From contig DMZH01000002.1 of NCBI GenBank assembly GCA_003484955.1, positions 78,825-142,824 on the forward strand: a DNA stretch of 64,000 bases, given 5' to 3'. Position numbers and translations under genes: made by a program. Below, one piece after another: positions 18,604 through 28,854 of the stretch. The notes below the pieces were generated by a model. The model searched no databases. It was not told the origin of the DNA and saw nothing but the letters and a program-made list of their open reading frames with translations. Position 1 is the first letter of the stretch. Every line of letters starts with the position of its first letter. This DNA is from Candidatus Woesebacteria bacterium (GTDB lineage: Bacteria > Patescibacteriota > Microgenomatia > UBA8517).

Positions 18604-19662
18604 TTGAAAATTGCTATCGACATCAGTCAAATTATTTACGGAACGGGTGTTTCTGTCTACACCAGAAAGCTGGTTGAGACTTTGCTTACACTTGATCGGG
18701 AAAATGAATATGTGCTCTTTGCAGGGGCTTTCAGAAGGCGTCAGGAGATTTTGGAAGCGTTTCCCAACTCCAAAGTTTTTCCTATTCCGCCGATTGCAGC
18801 AGACTTTATCTGGAACAGGCTTCACACCTTTCCGATCGAAAAATTAATTGGTGAAGTGGATGTTCTCCATACTTCCGATTGGTCGGAGCCCCCCAGCAAT
18901 GCTTTTAAGGTCACAACGGTACACGATCTTTATCCCTTAAAGTTTCCCAGACTGGTACATTCCAAAATACTGGAGGTTCATAAGAGAAGACTTTACTGGG
19001 TGATTAAGGAAAGTAAAAGAATAATCGTTCCCTCAGTTTCTACAAAAAATGACCTAGTCGACTTGGGGGTTAAGGAGGATATAATTCGTGTGATTCCCGA
19101 AGCTCCGTCCATAAAGAAGGTCGATGAAGAAAAAATTCTAGAGATCAAAAAGAAATATCAGATAAGGGAGGACTATCTTATCTCAATTGGAGTTACGCCC
19201 CTGAAAAATACCAAGAAGATAATAAAAGCATTTCACCTGGCCACTGCCGGGAAAGACCTGAAACTGATAATTGCAGGAAGACCATCGGGCATTAAAATTG
19301 ATCCGGAAAGAAACGTCAGGATACTCGGGCATATTCCCCAAAGTGACTTGGCCGCGCTTCTCAGTGGTTCAAAAGGCTTAATTTTTGCCTCGCTTTATGA
19401 GGGTTATGGAATTCCGATTCTGGACGGATTTACCTGCGAAGTGCCGGTAATCACCTCCAATATAGGTTCCATGCCTGAGGTTGCGGGAAACGCCGCGGAG
19501 CTGGTCGATCCTAATTCTGTGAATTCAATTGCCGAAGGGATTGCAAAAGTGGTTCGCGGAGGAAAAGGACTTGTTGATAAGGGGAAACTGCGCGTTAGAG
19601 ACTTTTCCTGGGAAAAAACCGCACAAATGACACTTGATGTGTACAAGGAGGGGCAAAAATGA
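18604..19662 (+). CDS. Glycosyltransferase family 4
   Basis: MKIAID..TGVS.Y, TVHDL, YEGYGIPILD. Confidence 0.92.
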   Translation: MKIAIDISQIIYGTGVSVYTRKLVETLLTLDRENEYVLFAGAFRRRQEILEAFPNSKVFPIPPIAADFIWNRLHTFPIEKLIGEVDVLHTSDWSEPPSNAFKVTTVHDLYPLKFPRLVHSKILEVHKRRLYWVIKESKRIIVPSVSTKNDLVDLGVKEDIIRVIPEAPSIKKVDEEKILEIKKKYQIREDYLISIGVTPLKNTKKIIKAFHLATAGKDLKLIIAGRPSGIKIDPERNVRILGHIPQSDLAALLSGSKGLIFASLYEGYGIPILDGFTCEVPVITSNIGSMPEVAGNAAELVDPNSVNSIAEGIAKVVRGGKGLVDKGKLRVRDFSWEKTAQMTLDVYKEGQK

Positions 19663-20786
19663 TTGTTGGCATCGACGGAAACGAGGCTAATGTTGAAAAA
19701 AGGGTGGGAGTGAACACTTATGCCTATGAGCTTCTGTGGAATTTCTGGAAACTACAAGACGAATGGAAAAATAACCATAAACTTATAGTTTTTCTTAAAA
19801 ATGAGCCCAGAGCGAACTTACCGAAGGAGACGAAGTTCTTCAGGTACAAAGTGATTAAGGGTGGGGGGGCATGGATACTGACCAAGCTTACCCCGAACCT
19901 ATTTTCGGGGGACCCTAAGTGTGATGTTTTCTTTTCCCCAAGCCACTACGCACCCCCTATTGCCCCAATGCCCAGGTTTTGTTCAATTATGGACCTTGGA
20001 TACCTCGAATTCTCGGGACAATTTCGAAAAAAGGACTTTTGGCAGTTAAAGTTATGGAGTGCCATTAGCATTTTTGTATCAAAAGCGGTCTTTGCTATAT
20101 CAAATAGTACAAAAGACGACATTGTACGACACTACCCCTCAGCTAAAGGTAAGATTTACGTTACCCCCCTTGCATATGACAATATGAAGTTCAATATGAG
20201 TGTTTCTGAAAAAGATGTGCGACGTGTAAGGGATAGGTACTCCATAGTTACGGACTATGTATTATATTTGGGTACTCTCAAGCCTAGCAAGAATGTCGAA
20301 GGCCTTGTCGAGGCTTTCTCCAGAATCAAGAATCAAGAATCAAGAATCAAGCTTGTTATAGCCGGTAAAAAGGGCTGGATGTATGAATCTATTTTTGAAA
20401 AAGTCAAAAAACTGGGGATGGAAGATAAAGTAATATTTACGGATTTTGTTTCTGAGGAAGATAAGCCCGGACTGATCAAGGGTGCGAAAGTATTTGTCCT
20501 GCCTTCATTTTGGGAGGGATTTGGGCTCGATGTCTTAAATGCCATGGCTAGCGGCGTGCCTGTAGTTGCCTCAAACATGGGAAGCTTGCCTGAAGTGGTT
20601 GGGGATGCCGGGATACTGATTAACCCCAAAAGTACAGATAGTATTGCCGAGGGGATTACCAAGGTGCTTTTGGCACCCATTGCGAAGTATAATAGTATGA
20701 AAGAGGCAGGTTTAGCTCAAGCTAAAAAGTTTTCCTGGGAGAAAACAGCAAGGAAAACCCTGGATATAATTACGAATAATGCTTAA
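19659..20786 (+). CDS. Glycosyltransferase family 4
   Basis: VGV..YA, GTLKPSKN, WEGFGL..L.AMA.GVPV. Confidence 0.93.
   Translation: MIVGIDGNEANVEKRVGVNTYAYELLWNFWKLQDEWKNNHKLIVFLKNEPRANLPKETKFFRYKVIKGGGAWILTKLTPNLFSGDPKCDVFFSPSHYAPPIAPMPRFCSIMDLGYLEFSGQFRKKDFWQLKLWSAISIFVSKAVFAISNSTKDDIVRHYPSAKGKIYVTPLAYDNMKFNMSVSEKDVRRVRDRYSIVTDYVLYLGTLKPSKNVEGLVEAFSRIKNQESRIKLVIAGKKGWMYESIFEKVKKLGMEDKVIFTDFVSEEDKPGLIKGAKVFVLPSFWEGFGLDVLNAMASGVPVVASNMGSLPEVVGDAGILINPKSTDSIAEGITKVLLAPIAKYNSMKEAGLAQAKKFSWEKTARKTLDIITNNA
20322..20351 (+). repeat. Perfect 7-bp tandem repeat (AGAATCA)x4 inside a CDS
   Basis: AGAATCA x4 followed by AG; encodes RIKNQESRIK. Confidence 0.9.
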
Positions 20787-21375
20787 AGATAAAAACGGAA
20801 AAAATCTTACAGGAGGTGAGGTAATAGAAAAGGTGCTCAACAGGATCAGTAATGTTATTCTTGATTTTGAGTTGATGACGCTCCGGTGGGTTTCCCATGT
20901 TCCCTCTCACACTTTTCGAAAAATAATTTATAAACTTTCCGGAATGAAAATCGGAAAGGGGTCGACGGTTCACATGTGGGCCAACTTTTTTGACCCTTCC
21001 GGTATTTCCATCGGCGAAGACACCATTGTCGGGGATCACGCTTTCTTGGATGGCAGGGCGGCGTTAACCATCGGTAGCCATGTAGACATTGCCTCATCGG
21101 TAATGATTTATAACTCCGAACATGATTTGGAGAGTGAAGAGTTTTCAGCCAGAACCGAGCCTGTGGAAATTGGCAATTATGTTTTTGTTGGTCCCAGGGC
21201 AATCATTCTTCCCGGAGTTAAAATCGGAAAGGGAGCCGTTGTTGCTGCAGGGGCGGTTGTAACAAAAGATGTTCCCGAGTTCACAATTGTCGGCGGAGTT
21301 CCTGCAGGGAAAATTGGAGAAAGGAGAGAAAGAAATCCTCATTACATTCTCGGTCGGGCAAGACTATTTCAGTAA
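20779..21375 (+). CDS. Hexapeptide-repeat (left-handed beta-helix) O-acyltransferase
   Basis: IG..TIVG, IG.YVFVG....ILPGVKIGKGAVVAAGAVVTKDV....IVGGVPA. Confidence 0.92.
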   Translation: MLKDKNGKNLTGGEVIEKVLNRISNVILDFELMTLRWVSHVPSHTFRKIIYKLSGMKIGKGSTVHMWANFFDPSGISIGEDTIVGDHAFLDGRAALTIGSHVDIASSVMIYNSEHDLESEEFSARTEPVEIGNYVFVGPRAIILPGVKIGKGAVVAAGAVVTKDVPEFTIVGGVPAGKIGERRERNPHYILGRARLFQ

Positions 21376-21920
21376 TGTTTAAAAAAATTCTCAATATCTT
21401 CTACGCTATTTTTTGTATAGCCGGAATTTTATACCTAGCCCTGCCGAATTACACTTTTCCTGAACCTCCCACTGATTCCATTCAGTCAGAAGAACCTGCG
21501 GATTTGGAAACCCCTTTAAGGAGGGGATATTTTACAAATCACACCAGAGAGGAAGTGCTGGCCTGGTATAAACAACAGTTCGATCGTTCGAGCTTTATGG
21601 GTATTAAACTTCCGACACTCCTTCTTAATTACCCTCCGGAAAACGCTCAGACTATCATAAGGGACCAGACGGGGAGCACTTTCCTCCAGGAGTTTACCCA
21701 CCCTTTCCGGGAGAGTATATATATTAATGGCTTTAAGCCTCCTAGCGACAACAACCGGCCTATATTTTTTGTAGGTGGAAAGCCATGGCAGCAAAAAATA
21801 ATAATACGCTACGTACCCAGCAGTATTTGGGTTAGGGAGGCGGTATTTATTGCATCAGCCTTAATGATAGCCGTAATTTACAATGCTTTTGAAAAATCAT
21901 TAAGAAAAAGGAATGAGTAA
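21375..21920 (+). CDS. Hypothetical protein with N- and C-terminal TM segments
   Basis: 181-aa ORF tightly coupled to both neighbours. Confidence 0.75.
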   Translation: MFKKILNIFYAIFCIAGILYLALPNYTFPEPPTDSIQSEEPADLETPLRRGYFTNHTREEVLAWYKQQFDRSSFMGIKLPTLLLNYPPENAQTIIRDQTGSTFLQEFTHPFRESIYINGFKPPSDNNRPIFFVGGKPWQQKIIIRYVPSSIWVREAVFIASALMIAVIYNAFEKSLRKRNE

Positions 21921-22839
21921 CACACTCGATTTATCAATAATCATAGTATCGTCCAAAAAGGACTATCTCCTCGACTGCATTAAAACCCTCAAGCCCGCTC
22001 TTGAAGGTGTCGAGAGTGAAATTATTCTGATCGATAACGCATCGTCTGATGAATTGAACAGTTTGGTGAAAGAAAAGTCTCCTTATGTAAAAGTTTTGAG
22101 GCGGGAGGAAAACGGAGGCTTTGGGGAAAACAACAATATGGGAATAAAGATTGCCACCGGAAGGTATATTCTTCTCCTTAACGATGACACACGGATTATT
22201 GATAAAAATATCTTCAGGGAAATGATTGCCTGGATGGATGCCCACCCCAAGGCTGGCGTCTCAAGCTGCGCCCTCCTTAATCCGGACGGAGTTTCCTATC
22301 AAGGATCGGGGGGCTTTTATCCGACTCTTTTCAGGGTGTTGGCCTGGATGACTTTCTTGGACGATATTCCGGGAGTGGACAGACTTATCAAGCCTTATCA
22401 CCCACTTCATTCCGCATCTCCCATTTATAAAGGTGAAAAATTTTTCAAAAGTGAGCATAGACAAGACTGGGTAACCGGAGCATTTTTTTTGATGCGGAGG
22501 CAGGCTTTGAAAGAAGTCGGTATTTTTGATGAGGACTTTTTTCTTTATGTCGAGGAAGTGGAACTCTCGGCAAGATTTGCCAAAAAAGGTTGGGAAATCT
22601 GGTATTTGCCGGAATGGAAAATAGTTCACTTTGGACAGGCAACCTCCGGAAGTGAGAAAGCAATGATTTTTGAACTTAAAAACCTGGTTTTGATGTATAA
22701 AAAACACGAACCGAAGTGGAAAATTCCCATCCTTCGTGCAATCCTTAAATTGGGGGTCTTTTTGAGAATAATTCTTTGGGGCATTGCAGGAAAAAGAGAT
22801 GTTTCTAAAATATATGCAAAAGCTATTAATGCTTTCTGA
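21913..22839 (+). CDS. Glycosyltransferase family 2 (WbbL-like)
   Basis: IDNASSD, NGGFG..NN, LLNDD, DWVTGA, FDEDFFLYVEE. Confidence 0.92.
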   Translation: MSNTLDLSIIIVSSKKDYLLDCIKTLKPALEGVESEIILIDNASSDELNSLVKEKSPYVKVLRREENGGFGENNNMGIKIATGRYILLLNDDTRIIDKNIFREMIAWMDAHPKAGVSSCALLNPDGVSYQGSGGFYPTLFRVLAWMTFLDDIPGVDRLIKPYHPLHSASPIYKGEKFFKSEHRQDWVTGAFFLMRRQALKEVGIFDEDFFLYVEEVELSARFAKKGWEIWYLPEWKIVHFGQATSGSEKAMIFELKNLVLMYKKHEPKWKIPILRAILKLGVFLRIILWGIAGKRDVSKIYAKAINAF

Positions 22840-24199
22840 AAAAATATCTAAATATTTGATTGCCGCGGTTCTGATAATAGTACCGCTTCTGCCGAAGTTT
22901 CCGCTGATTAGTGTTCCCGGAACTTACGTCTCAATCCGTCTTGAAGACGTTTTAATGTTTCTCCTGGCGCTTGTCCTGGTCCCCAAGTTCGTAATGGATT
23001 TTAAAAAGATTTGGAAAGACAAGATTTTTGTTGCAATCCTGATATTTTTTACAGTAACTTTCATTTCGCTTCTTGCCGGGATTCTTATTACGCAAACGGT
23101 AGAGTTAAGATTGGGGCTTTTGCATTGGGCAAGGCGCGTTGAGTATATTATTCCTTTTCTCGCAACTTATCTTTTGATTCCACGCGACAAAATAAAGGAA
23201 ACCGTTGAATTTTATTTTAAAATTTTATTGATTGTTATGGCCATCGCTTTTGTCTATGGCCTGGGGCAGCGATACCTGAATTTTCCCGTAATCATCACAC
23301 AAAATGAAGAATATTCCAAAGGAATTGCCCTGCGCTGGAGTCCCGGAGCCCACATAAATTCGACTTTCGCCGGACATTATGATCTGTCGGCCTTCATGGT
23401 TTTAGTGCTTCCCATATTTTTAGGAGTACTTTTTACATTAAAAGAAAAACTTTCAGAACTTTTTATAGCAATTTCTTCCGGAATGGGACTTTGGCTTTTG
23501 ATAAGTTCAGTTTCAAGGACCGCTCAGGCCTCGTATCTTTTGGCGGTTACTGTTACGCTTTTTCTATTAAAGAAATTTAAAGGCTGGCTGTTAGTAATTC
23601 TTATCAGTGTTATCTCAATGACCATGTCTTCGGGGCTTGATGCCAGATTTGGGCAGGCAATAAAGGTTCTATACGAGTATGTTACAACCGGAAAAGGCAT
23701 CAGTTATGTTCCGGGTTTTGTTGTTAGGGCGGATGAGGTTACGCTGACAACGCGCGAGATTATTCAGGCAACCCCGGCTCCGGCAGCCGTAAAAGTTATC
23801 AATGACGTTTCAATTGCAATCAGGTACAACGTTGAGTGGCCAAGGGCAATCAGGGCCTTTTCCAAAAATCCGATTTTGGGAACGGGCTATTCGTCAATAG
23901 ACCTGGCGACGGATAACGATTATTTAAGAATGCTTGGAGAAATCGGTCTCGTGGGATTCTCCGCTTTCGTGTTAATATTTCTAAGAATAGGGAAAGTTTT
24001 ATTAAAAACATTTTCATTAAAAGATAAGTTAAGCAGTTTTGAGAAAAGCTATCTATTTGGAATTATGGGAGGACTTATAGGGACTTTTGTTACGGCACTC
24101 CTGATTGATTTGTTTGAAGCGTCGAAATTTGCAATAATATTCTGGTTGCTTTTGGGTAGTTCCGTAAGTCTGATTAAAAGTAAACTAAATGAGAACTAA
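22814..24199 (+). CDS. O-antigen ligase/polymerase-like membrane protein
   Basis: Many TM helices; SRT, R...W..AI..F.KNPILGTG, DNDYLRMLGEIGLVG (Wzy_C/WaaL-like); start uncertain (22814 or 22829). Confidence 0.78.
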   Translation: MQKLLMLSEKISKYLIAAVLIIVPLLPKFPLISVPGTYVSIRLEDVLMFLLALVLVPKFVMDFKKIWKDKIFVAILIFFTVTFISLLAGILITQTVELRLGLLHWARRVEYIIPFLATYLLIPRDKIKETVEFYFKILLIVMAIAFVYGLGQRYLNFPVIITQNEEYSKGIALRWSPGAHINSTFAGHYDLSAFMVLVLPIFLGVLFTLKEKLSELFIAISSGMGLWLLISSVSRTAQASYLLAVTVTLFLLKKFKGWLLVILISVISMTMSSGLDARFGQAIKVLYEYVTTGKGISYVPGFVVRADEVTLTTREIIQATPAPAAVKVINDVSIAIRYNVEWPRAIRAFSKNPILGTGYSSIDLATDNDYLRMLGEIGLVGFSAFVLIFLRIGKVLLKTFSLKDKLSSFEKSYLFGIMGGLIGTFVTALLIDLFEASKFAIIFWLLLGSSVSLIKSKLNEN

Positions 24200-25658
24200 A
24201 ATTATTCAATTTACAAAAAGTAAATATTTTGAGTACATTTTATTATCAATCATGCTTGTTTTAGGTTTTACGGTACGCCTTTACAAAATAAACAATCCTG
24301 TTGCCGATTGGCACAGCTGGCGTCAGTCGGATACGGCTTCCGTGAGCCGGGTGTATCTTGAAAACGGGATAAATTTGCTTTTACCCCGATACCATGACAT
24401 TTCAAGCATTCAAACGGGAATGGATAATCCCCAGGGCTACCGTATGGTGGAATTTCCTTTCTATAATGCCCTAAACGTCGTTCTGGCCAAATCTTTTACC
24501 TCTATTTCTCTTGAGGTTTGGGCAAGACTTTTGACTATAAGCATTGCCGTTGTCTCCGCATTTTTCCTGTATCTTATTGGGAAAAGATTGATGGGGAAAT
24601 ATGTGGGACTTCTTTCCGCATTTTTCTATTTGTTTATTCCCTACAACATTTATTTTACAAGGGTGATTTTGCCCGACCCGATGGGGGTGATGTTCGGAGT
24701 AATTTCCCTTTGGGCATTTCTGGAGTTTACTCACGGCAACAAAAAAGCTTTGCTTTTTATCTCCTCTGTTTTTTTTGCAATGGCTCTTCTTATCAAGCCT
24801 TATCTGGGATTCTACCTTTTTCCGATAATATATCTAGCAATTAAAAAATATGGAATTAAAAGTTTCTTTAAGGAAAAACGTGTTATTTTAGGAACTCTTG
24901 CCTATCTGGCAGTTGCTTTTATCCCTTTTCTTCTTTGGAGAGGATGGGAGGCAAAGTTTCCCGAAGGAATTCCTTTTTACGAATGGGCGTTTAACGGAAA
25001 CCTGATTAGATTTAAACCTTCCTGGTGGTACTGGATTTTCGGGGAAAGACTGGGCCACCTTATCCTGGGTTCTTTGGGGCTTATTCCTTTTACTTTCGGG
25101 GTTTTAAATACAAAGGTTAAAAATTTATTTATTCAGGCATTTTTAGGAGGCACCCTTTTTTATGTTGCTGCCGTAGCCAATGCCAATGTTATGCACGATT
25201 ATTATCAAATACTTTCTATTCCGGCTATAGCTCTAGCGGTAGCATCCGGAACAGTTTTTCTTTGGGAGGGGAGAATATTTAATAAAATTCTGACAAGGAT
25301 TATCGTTGTGATTTCAATTGGGGTTATGCTCATAACCGGTTGGAATCAAATAGTGGGAAACTTTAATATCAACCATCCGGAAATAATGGAGGCGGGGGAG
25401 GCGGTTGACAGGGTTACTCCGAAAGACGCCCTTATTGTTGCACCCTATAACGGCGACACGGCCTTTTTGTATCAAACTAAACGATTCGGTTGGCCAGCAA
25501 TTGATAACTCGATCGATAATATTATTGAAGAAGGGGCAGACTACTACGTATCCGTGAATTTGGGCAGCAAGGATACCAAAATGATAGAGGCAAGGTTTAA
25601 AACAGTAGAAAAGACGGATAAGTATATTATTATTGACCTTAACAAACCTATTAAATAA
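24189..25658 (+). CDS. GT-C/ArnT-like membrane glycosyltransferase
   Basis: HSWRQSDT, EFP.Y, ARL, R.ILPD, LIKP, HDYYQ. Confidence 0.8.
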   Translation: MRTKIIQFTKSKYFEYILLSIMLVLGFTVRLYKINNPVADWHSWRQSDTASVSRVYLENGINLLLPRYHDISSIQTGMDNPQGYRMVEFPFYNALNVVLAKSFTSISLEVWARLLTISIAVVSAFFLYLIGKRLMGKYVGLLSAFFYLFIPYNIYFTRVILPDPMGVMFGVISLWAFLEFTHGNKKALLFISSVFFAMALLIKPYLGFYLFPIIYLAIKKYGIKSFFKEKRVILGTLAYLAVAFIPFLLWRGWEAKFPEGIPFYEWAFNGNLIRFKPSWWYWIFGERLGHLILGSLGLIPFTFGVLNTKVKNLFIQAFLGGTLFYVAAVANANVMHDYYQILSIPAIALAVASGTVFLWEGRIFNKILTRIIVVISIGVMLITGWNQIVGNFNINHPEIMEAGEAVDRVTPKDALIVAPYNGDTAFLYQTKRFGWPAIDNSIDNIIEEGADYYVSVNLGSKDTKMIEARFKTVEKTDKYIIIDLNKPIK

Positions 25659-25660
25659 CC

Positions 25661-26872
25661 ATGAAGATATTAATGTTGACCCCCTACCTACCCTTTCCGG
25701 ATTCATCCGGCGGGCAAATCCGCTCATATAATTTAATTAAGGGTTTAAGCAAGAAACATAAAATCACCCTTTTTTCCCTAATTAAAGATGACTCTGAAAG
25801 AAAGTTTATTCCGGAACTTGAAAAATATTGTGTAAAAGTAAAAGTTTTTAAACGCTCGAAATCCCCATGGACTTTAAGGAATATTCTTTTAACCGGTTTC
25901 GGGCCTTACCCCTTCCTGGTTATCAGAAACCTTTCACCGTACGAAACAAAAGCTGTTCAGGAAGAAATTACCCAGGTTGATTACGACTTAATTCACGCAG
26001 AAACATTTTATGTTATGCCTCATATTCCCGAAACTAAAACCCCGATCCTTTTGGTCGAACAGACGATAGAGTATCTGGTTTATAAGCATTATGTGGAAGG
26101 GATAAAAAACCCCATATTACGCTCTCTTTTATCAATTGATGTCGCAAAGCTTAAATACTGGGAGACGAAGTTTTGGAAAAAAGCCGATGGGGTGGTCGCG
26201 GTATCTGAGTCGGACAGGAAAGAGATGCTGAAACTGGTCCCCAATCTTAAGGTCAACCTTGTTCCGAATGGGGTAAATCTGGATTTCTTTAAAGAGAAGG
26301 ATAGCTGGCACTCACCGGAATTCAAAATTCTTTTTATTGCCAATTTCAAATGGTTGCAAAATGTTGAAGCGGCTGAACTTCTTCTAAAAGAAGTCTTTCC
26401 GCGGGTACATGCCAAAAGTCCCAAAGTAAAAGTTTGGGTTGTCGGTCAGCATATACCTGAAGAAATTTTAAAATATAAATCCGAAAATATAATTATCGAT
26501 AATTTAAGCGAAGACGATCAGGAAGGGATAAGAAATGCTTATTACGAATCCTCAGTTTTTGTCTCGCCTCTTAGGGGGCCCGGAGGAACCAGACTTAAGC
26601 ATTTGGCGGCAATGGCTGCAAAGTTGCCTCTGGTTACGACATCGGTGGGTGCTGAAGGTCTTGGTGCGGCCGACGGCAGGGAAGTAATAATCAGGGACAC
26701 TTCCAAAGAGATTGCCGATGCAACCTTACGGATTTTGGGAAATGAAAAGTTGGCAAAAAAGATAGCGGAAAACGCCAGAAAACTGGTTGAGCAAAAGTTC
26801 AGTTGGTATAAAATGGGGGAATATTTGGACAAAATATATGAAAAAACCGCTACTCACGATAGTAATTCTTAA
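25661..26872 (+). CDS. Glycosyltransferase family 4
   Basis: PFP..SGGQIR, VPNGV, PL..PGGTRLK, TSVGAEGL. Confidence 0.92.
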   Translation: MKILMLTPYLPFPDSSGGQIRSYNLIKGLSKKHKITLFSLIKDDSERKFIPELEKYCVKVKVFKRSKSPWTLRNILLTGFGPYPFLVIRNLSPYETKAVQEEITQVDYDLIHAETFYVMPHIPETKTPILLVEQTIEYLVYKHYVEGIKNPILRSLLSIDVAKLKYWETKFWKKADGVVAVSESDRKEMLKLVPNLKVNLVPNGVNLDFFKEKDSWHSPEFKILFIANFKWLQNVEAAELLLKEVFPRVHAKSPKVKVWVVGQHIPEEILKYKSENIIIDNLSEDDQEGIRNAYYESSVFVSPLRGPGGTRLKHLAAMAAKLPLVTTSVGAEGLGAADGREVIIRDTSKEIADATLRILGNEKLAKKIAENARKLVEQKFSWYKMGEYLDKIYEKTATHDSNS

Positions 26873-27719
26873 TTACAATACAAAAGAGCTTTTGGAAGAC
26901 TGCCTTAATTCCGTTAAGGCACACATTAATGAGGTACCCTTGGAGGTAATAGTGTCTGATAATTCTTCGGCCGACGGGAGCCCCGAAATGGTCCGGAGAA
27001 AATTTCCCTGGGTGAAGTATACCGAAGGACCAAATGAAGGATTTTCTAAAGGCAATAATAGGGCTAGACCCATGGTTACCGGAGATATGGTTCTTTTTTT
27101 AAATCCAGATACGATTGTTCATAAAGATGTTTTTGCAAAAACAGTCATATTTTTAAAGGAACATCCGAATGCTGGCGCGGTAACCTGTAAACTGGTACTT
27201 CCGAACGGTAAAATGGATAAGGACACCAGACGCCGTTTTCCTACTCCTAAAATTGCCTTTCAGCACTTAATTTTAGGTAACGGCAAGGCTTATTGGTACG
27301 AAGACATTTCCGAAAATATAACTCATGAAGTGGAAGCAATTCAGGGTGCTTTCTTTTTGACCCGGAAAAAGGTGTTGGATGAAGTGGGTTGGTTTGACGA
27401 AAAATATTTTTTTGATGGGGAGGACATTGACCTTTGCTACCAAATACACAAAGCCGGCTACAAAATTTTTTATTATCCGGAGGTAACAGTAACCCATCTT
27501 AAAGGCGTTACCAAAGGCAAAGTTTCGGAGTGGAAACATAAAGTCAGTCCCAAACAGCGTAAAAAAATCCGCTTGGCAGGAGTTACTTCCATGGAAAGGT
27601 TTTTCAGAAAGAATTTGTGGAAAAAATATCCGCTGGTTTTCGATTATTTTGTTGTTTTCGGGATAAAAGTATTTAAAGTATTTAGGTATATCAAAGTGGC
27701 CCTATTATCCTCATACTAA
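26838..27719 (+). CDS. Glycosyltransferase family 2 (WbbL-like)
   Basis: IVILNYN, DNSSADGS, GFSKGNN, FLNPD, FDEKYFF.GEDIDLC; likely start ATG 26838. Confidence 0.92.
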   Translation: MKKPLLTIVILNYNTKELLEDCLNSVKAHINEVPLEVIVSDNSSADGSPEMVRRKFPWVKYTEGPNEGFSKGNNRARPMVTGDMVLFLNPDTIVHKDVFAKTVIFLKEHPNAGAVTCKLVLPNGKMDKDTRRRFPTPKIAFQHLILGNGKAYWYEDISENITHEVEAIQGAFFLTRKKVLDEVGWFDEKYFFDGEDIDLCYQIHKAGYKIFYYPEVTVTHLKGVTKGKVSEWKHKVSPKQRKKIRLAGVTSMERFFRKNLWKKYPLVFDYFVVFGIKVFKVFRYIKVALLSSY

Positions 27720-27726
27720 AAAATTT

Positions 27727-28854
27727 ATGACAAAAATATTATTGGATGCCCGTCTTTATGGGCTTGAAAATGCAGGTCTGGGGAGATATTTAATTAATCT
27801 TGTAGGCGAACTTTCGAAGCTGGATTCAAAGAACGAATATGTTATTCTTCTCAGGAAAAAATATTTTGATTCCTTGAAACTGCCGGATAATTGGAAAAAA
27901 ATATTGGCGGACTATCGACATTACAGTTTAGCGGAGCAAATAATGATCCCCGGGATCATTAAAAAAGAAAAACCCGACATAACCCACTTTCCGCATTTTA
28001 ATGTACCCATATTTTTCAGAGGTAAATTTATTGTGACAATTCACGATATGCTGATGCATAAAAGCGTGGGACTTGCGGCGACAACACTCCCTGCGCCGGT
28101 TTATTTTATTAAAAGGCTGGGGTATAGATTTGTATTTGATAATGCGGTTAAAAAATCAAAAATGATTTTGGTGCCAAGCTACGCAGTCAGGGATGAACTG
28201 ATGGAAGAGTACAAAGTGGATTCCGATAAAATAAAGGTGACTTATGAAGGATTTGATAGAAAAATCTCCGGAGGGTCTGAAGTTGAAATGCCAAAGCCAT
28301 ACTTTGTTTATACGGGAAACGCATATCCCCACAAGAATTTATCAAGGCTAATCGAGGCTATAAGACTATTGAACACAAAAAGTAAACAGAAGGTGTTTTT
28401 GGCAATTGCATCATCGAGGAATATTTTTACCCAAAGAATAGAAAAACAGGCTCAAAAGTGGGGTGTAATTGAATTGGTAAAACTTGTTGGTTTTGTTCCC
28501 GATGAAAAACTCGGGGGTTTGTATAAAAATTCCATAGGATTTGTGTTCCCGTCCCTTTCCGAAGGTTTTGGCCTTCCCGGACTTGAAGCAATGGCCTCCG
28601 GAACTTTACTTTTGGCATCGGATATAAAGGTTTTTAAAGAAATATACGGCGAGAATGCTTTGTATTTCGACCCGAAAGACCCCAACTCAATTGCAGCTGC
28701 CATGGAAACTGCAATGTCTATGGGTAGCTCCGATCGTGCCAGAAAGATTTCAAATTCAATCAAGTTTGTAAATAAATATTCTTGGGTTAAAATGGCGAAT
28801 GAAACCTTGGAAGCATACAAAAAAAGTTGCGATAGTATACGACAGGGTCAATAA
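27727..28854 (+). CDS. Glycosyltransferase family 4
   Basis: AGLGRY, TIHD, GNAYPHKN, SEGFGLPGLEAMA. Confidence 0.93.
   Translation: MTKILLDARLYGLENAGLGRYLINLVGELSKLDSKNEYVILLRKKYFDSLKLPDNWKKILADYRHYSLAEQIMIPGIIKKEKPDITHFPHFNVPIFFRGKFIVTIHDMLMHKSVGLAATTLPAPVYFIKRLGYRFVFDNAVKKSKMILVPSYAVRDELMEEYKVDSDKIKVTYEGFDRKISGGSEVEMPKPYFVYTGNAYPHKNLSRLIEAIRLLNTKSKQKVFLAIASSRNIFTQRIEKQAQKWGVIELVKLVGFVPDEKLGGLYKNSIGFVFPSLSEGFGLPGLEAMASGTLLLASDIKVFKEIYGENALYFDPKDPNSIAAAMETAMSMGSSDRARKISNSIKFVNKYSWVKMANETLEAYKKSCDSIRQGQ

Noticed and set aside
20779..21375. Hexapeptide acyltransferase as the missing GlmU acetyltransferase half
   Set aside because: Its motifs and context fit glycan O-acetyltransferases; not strictly excluded without phylogeny
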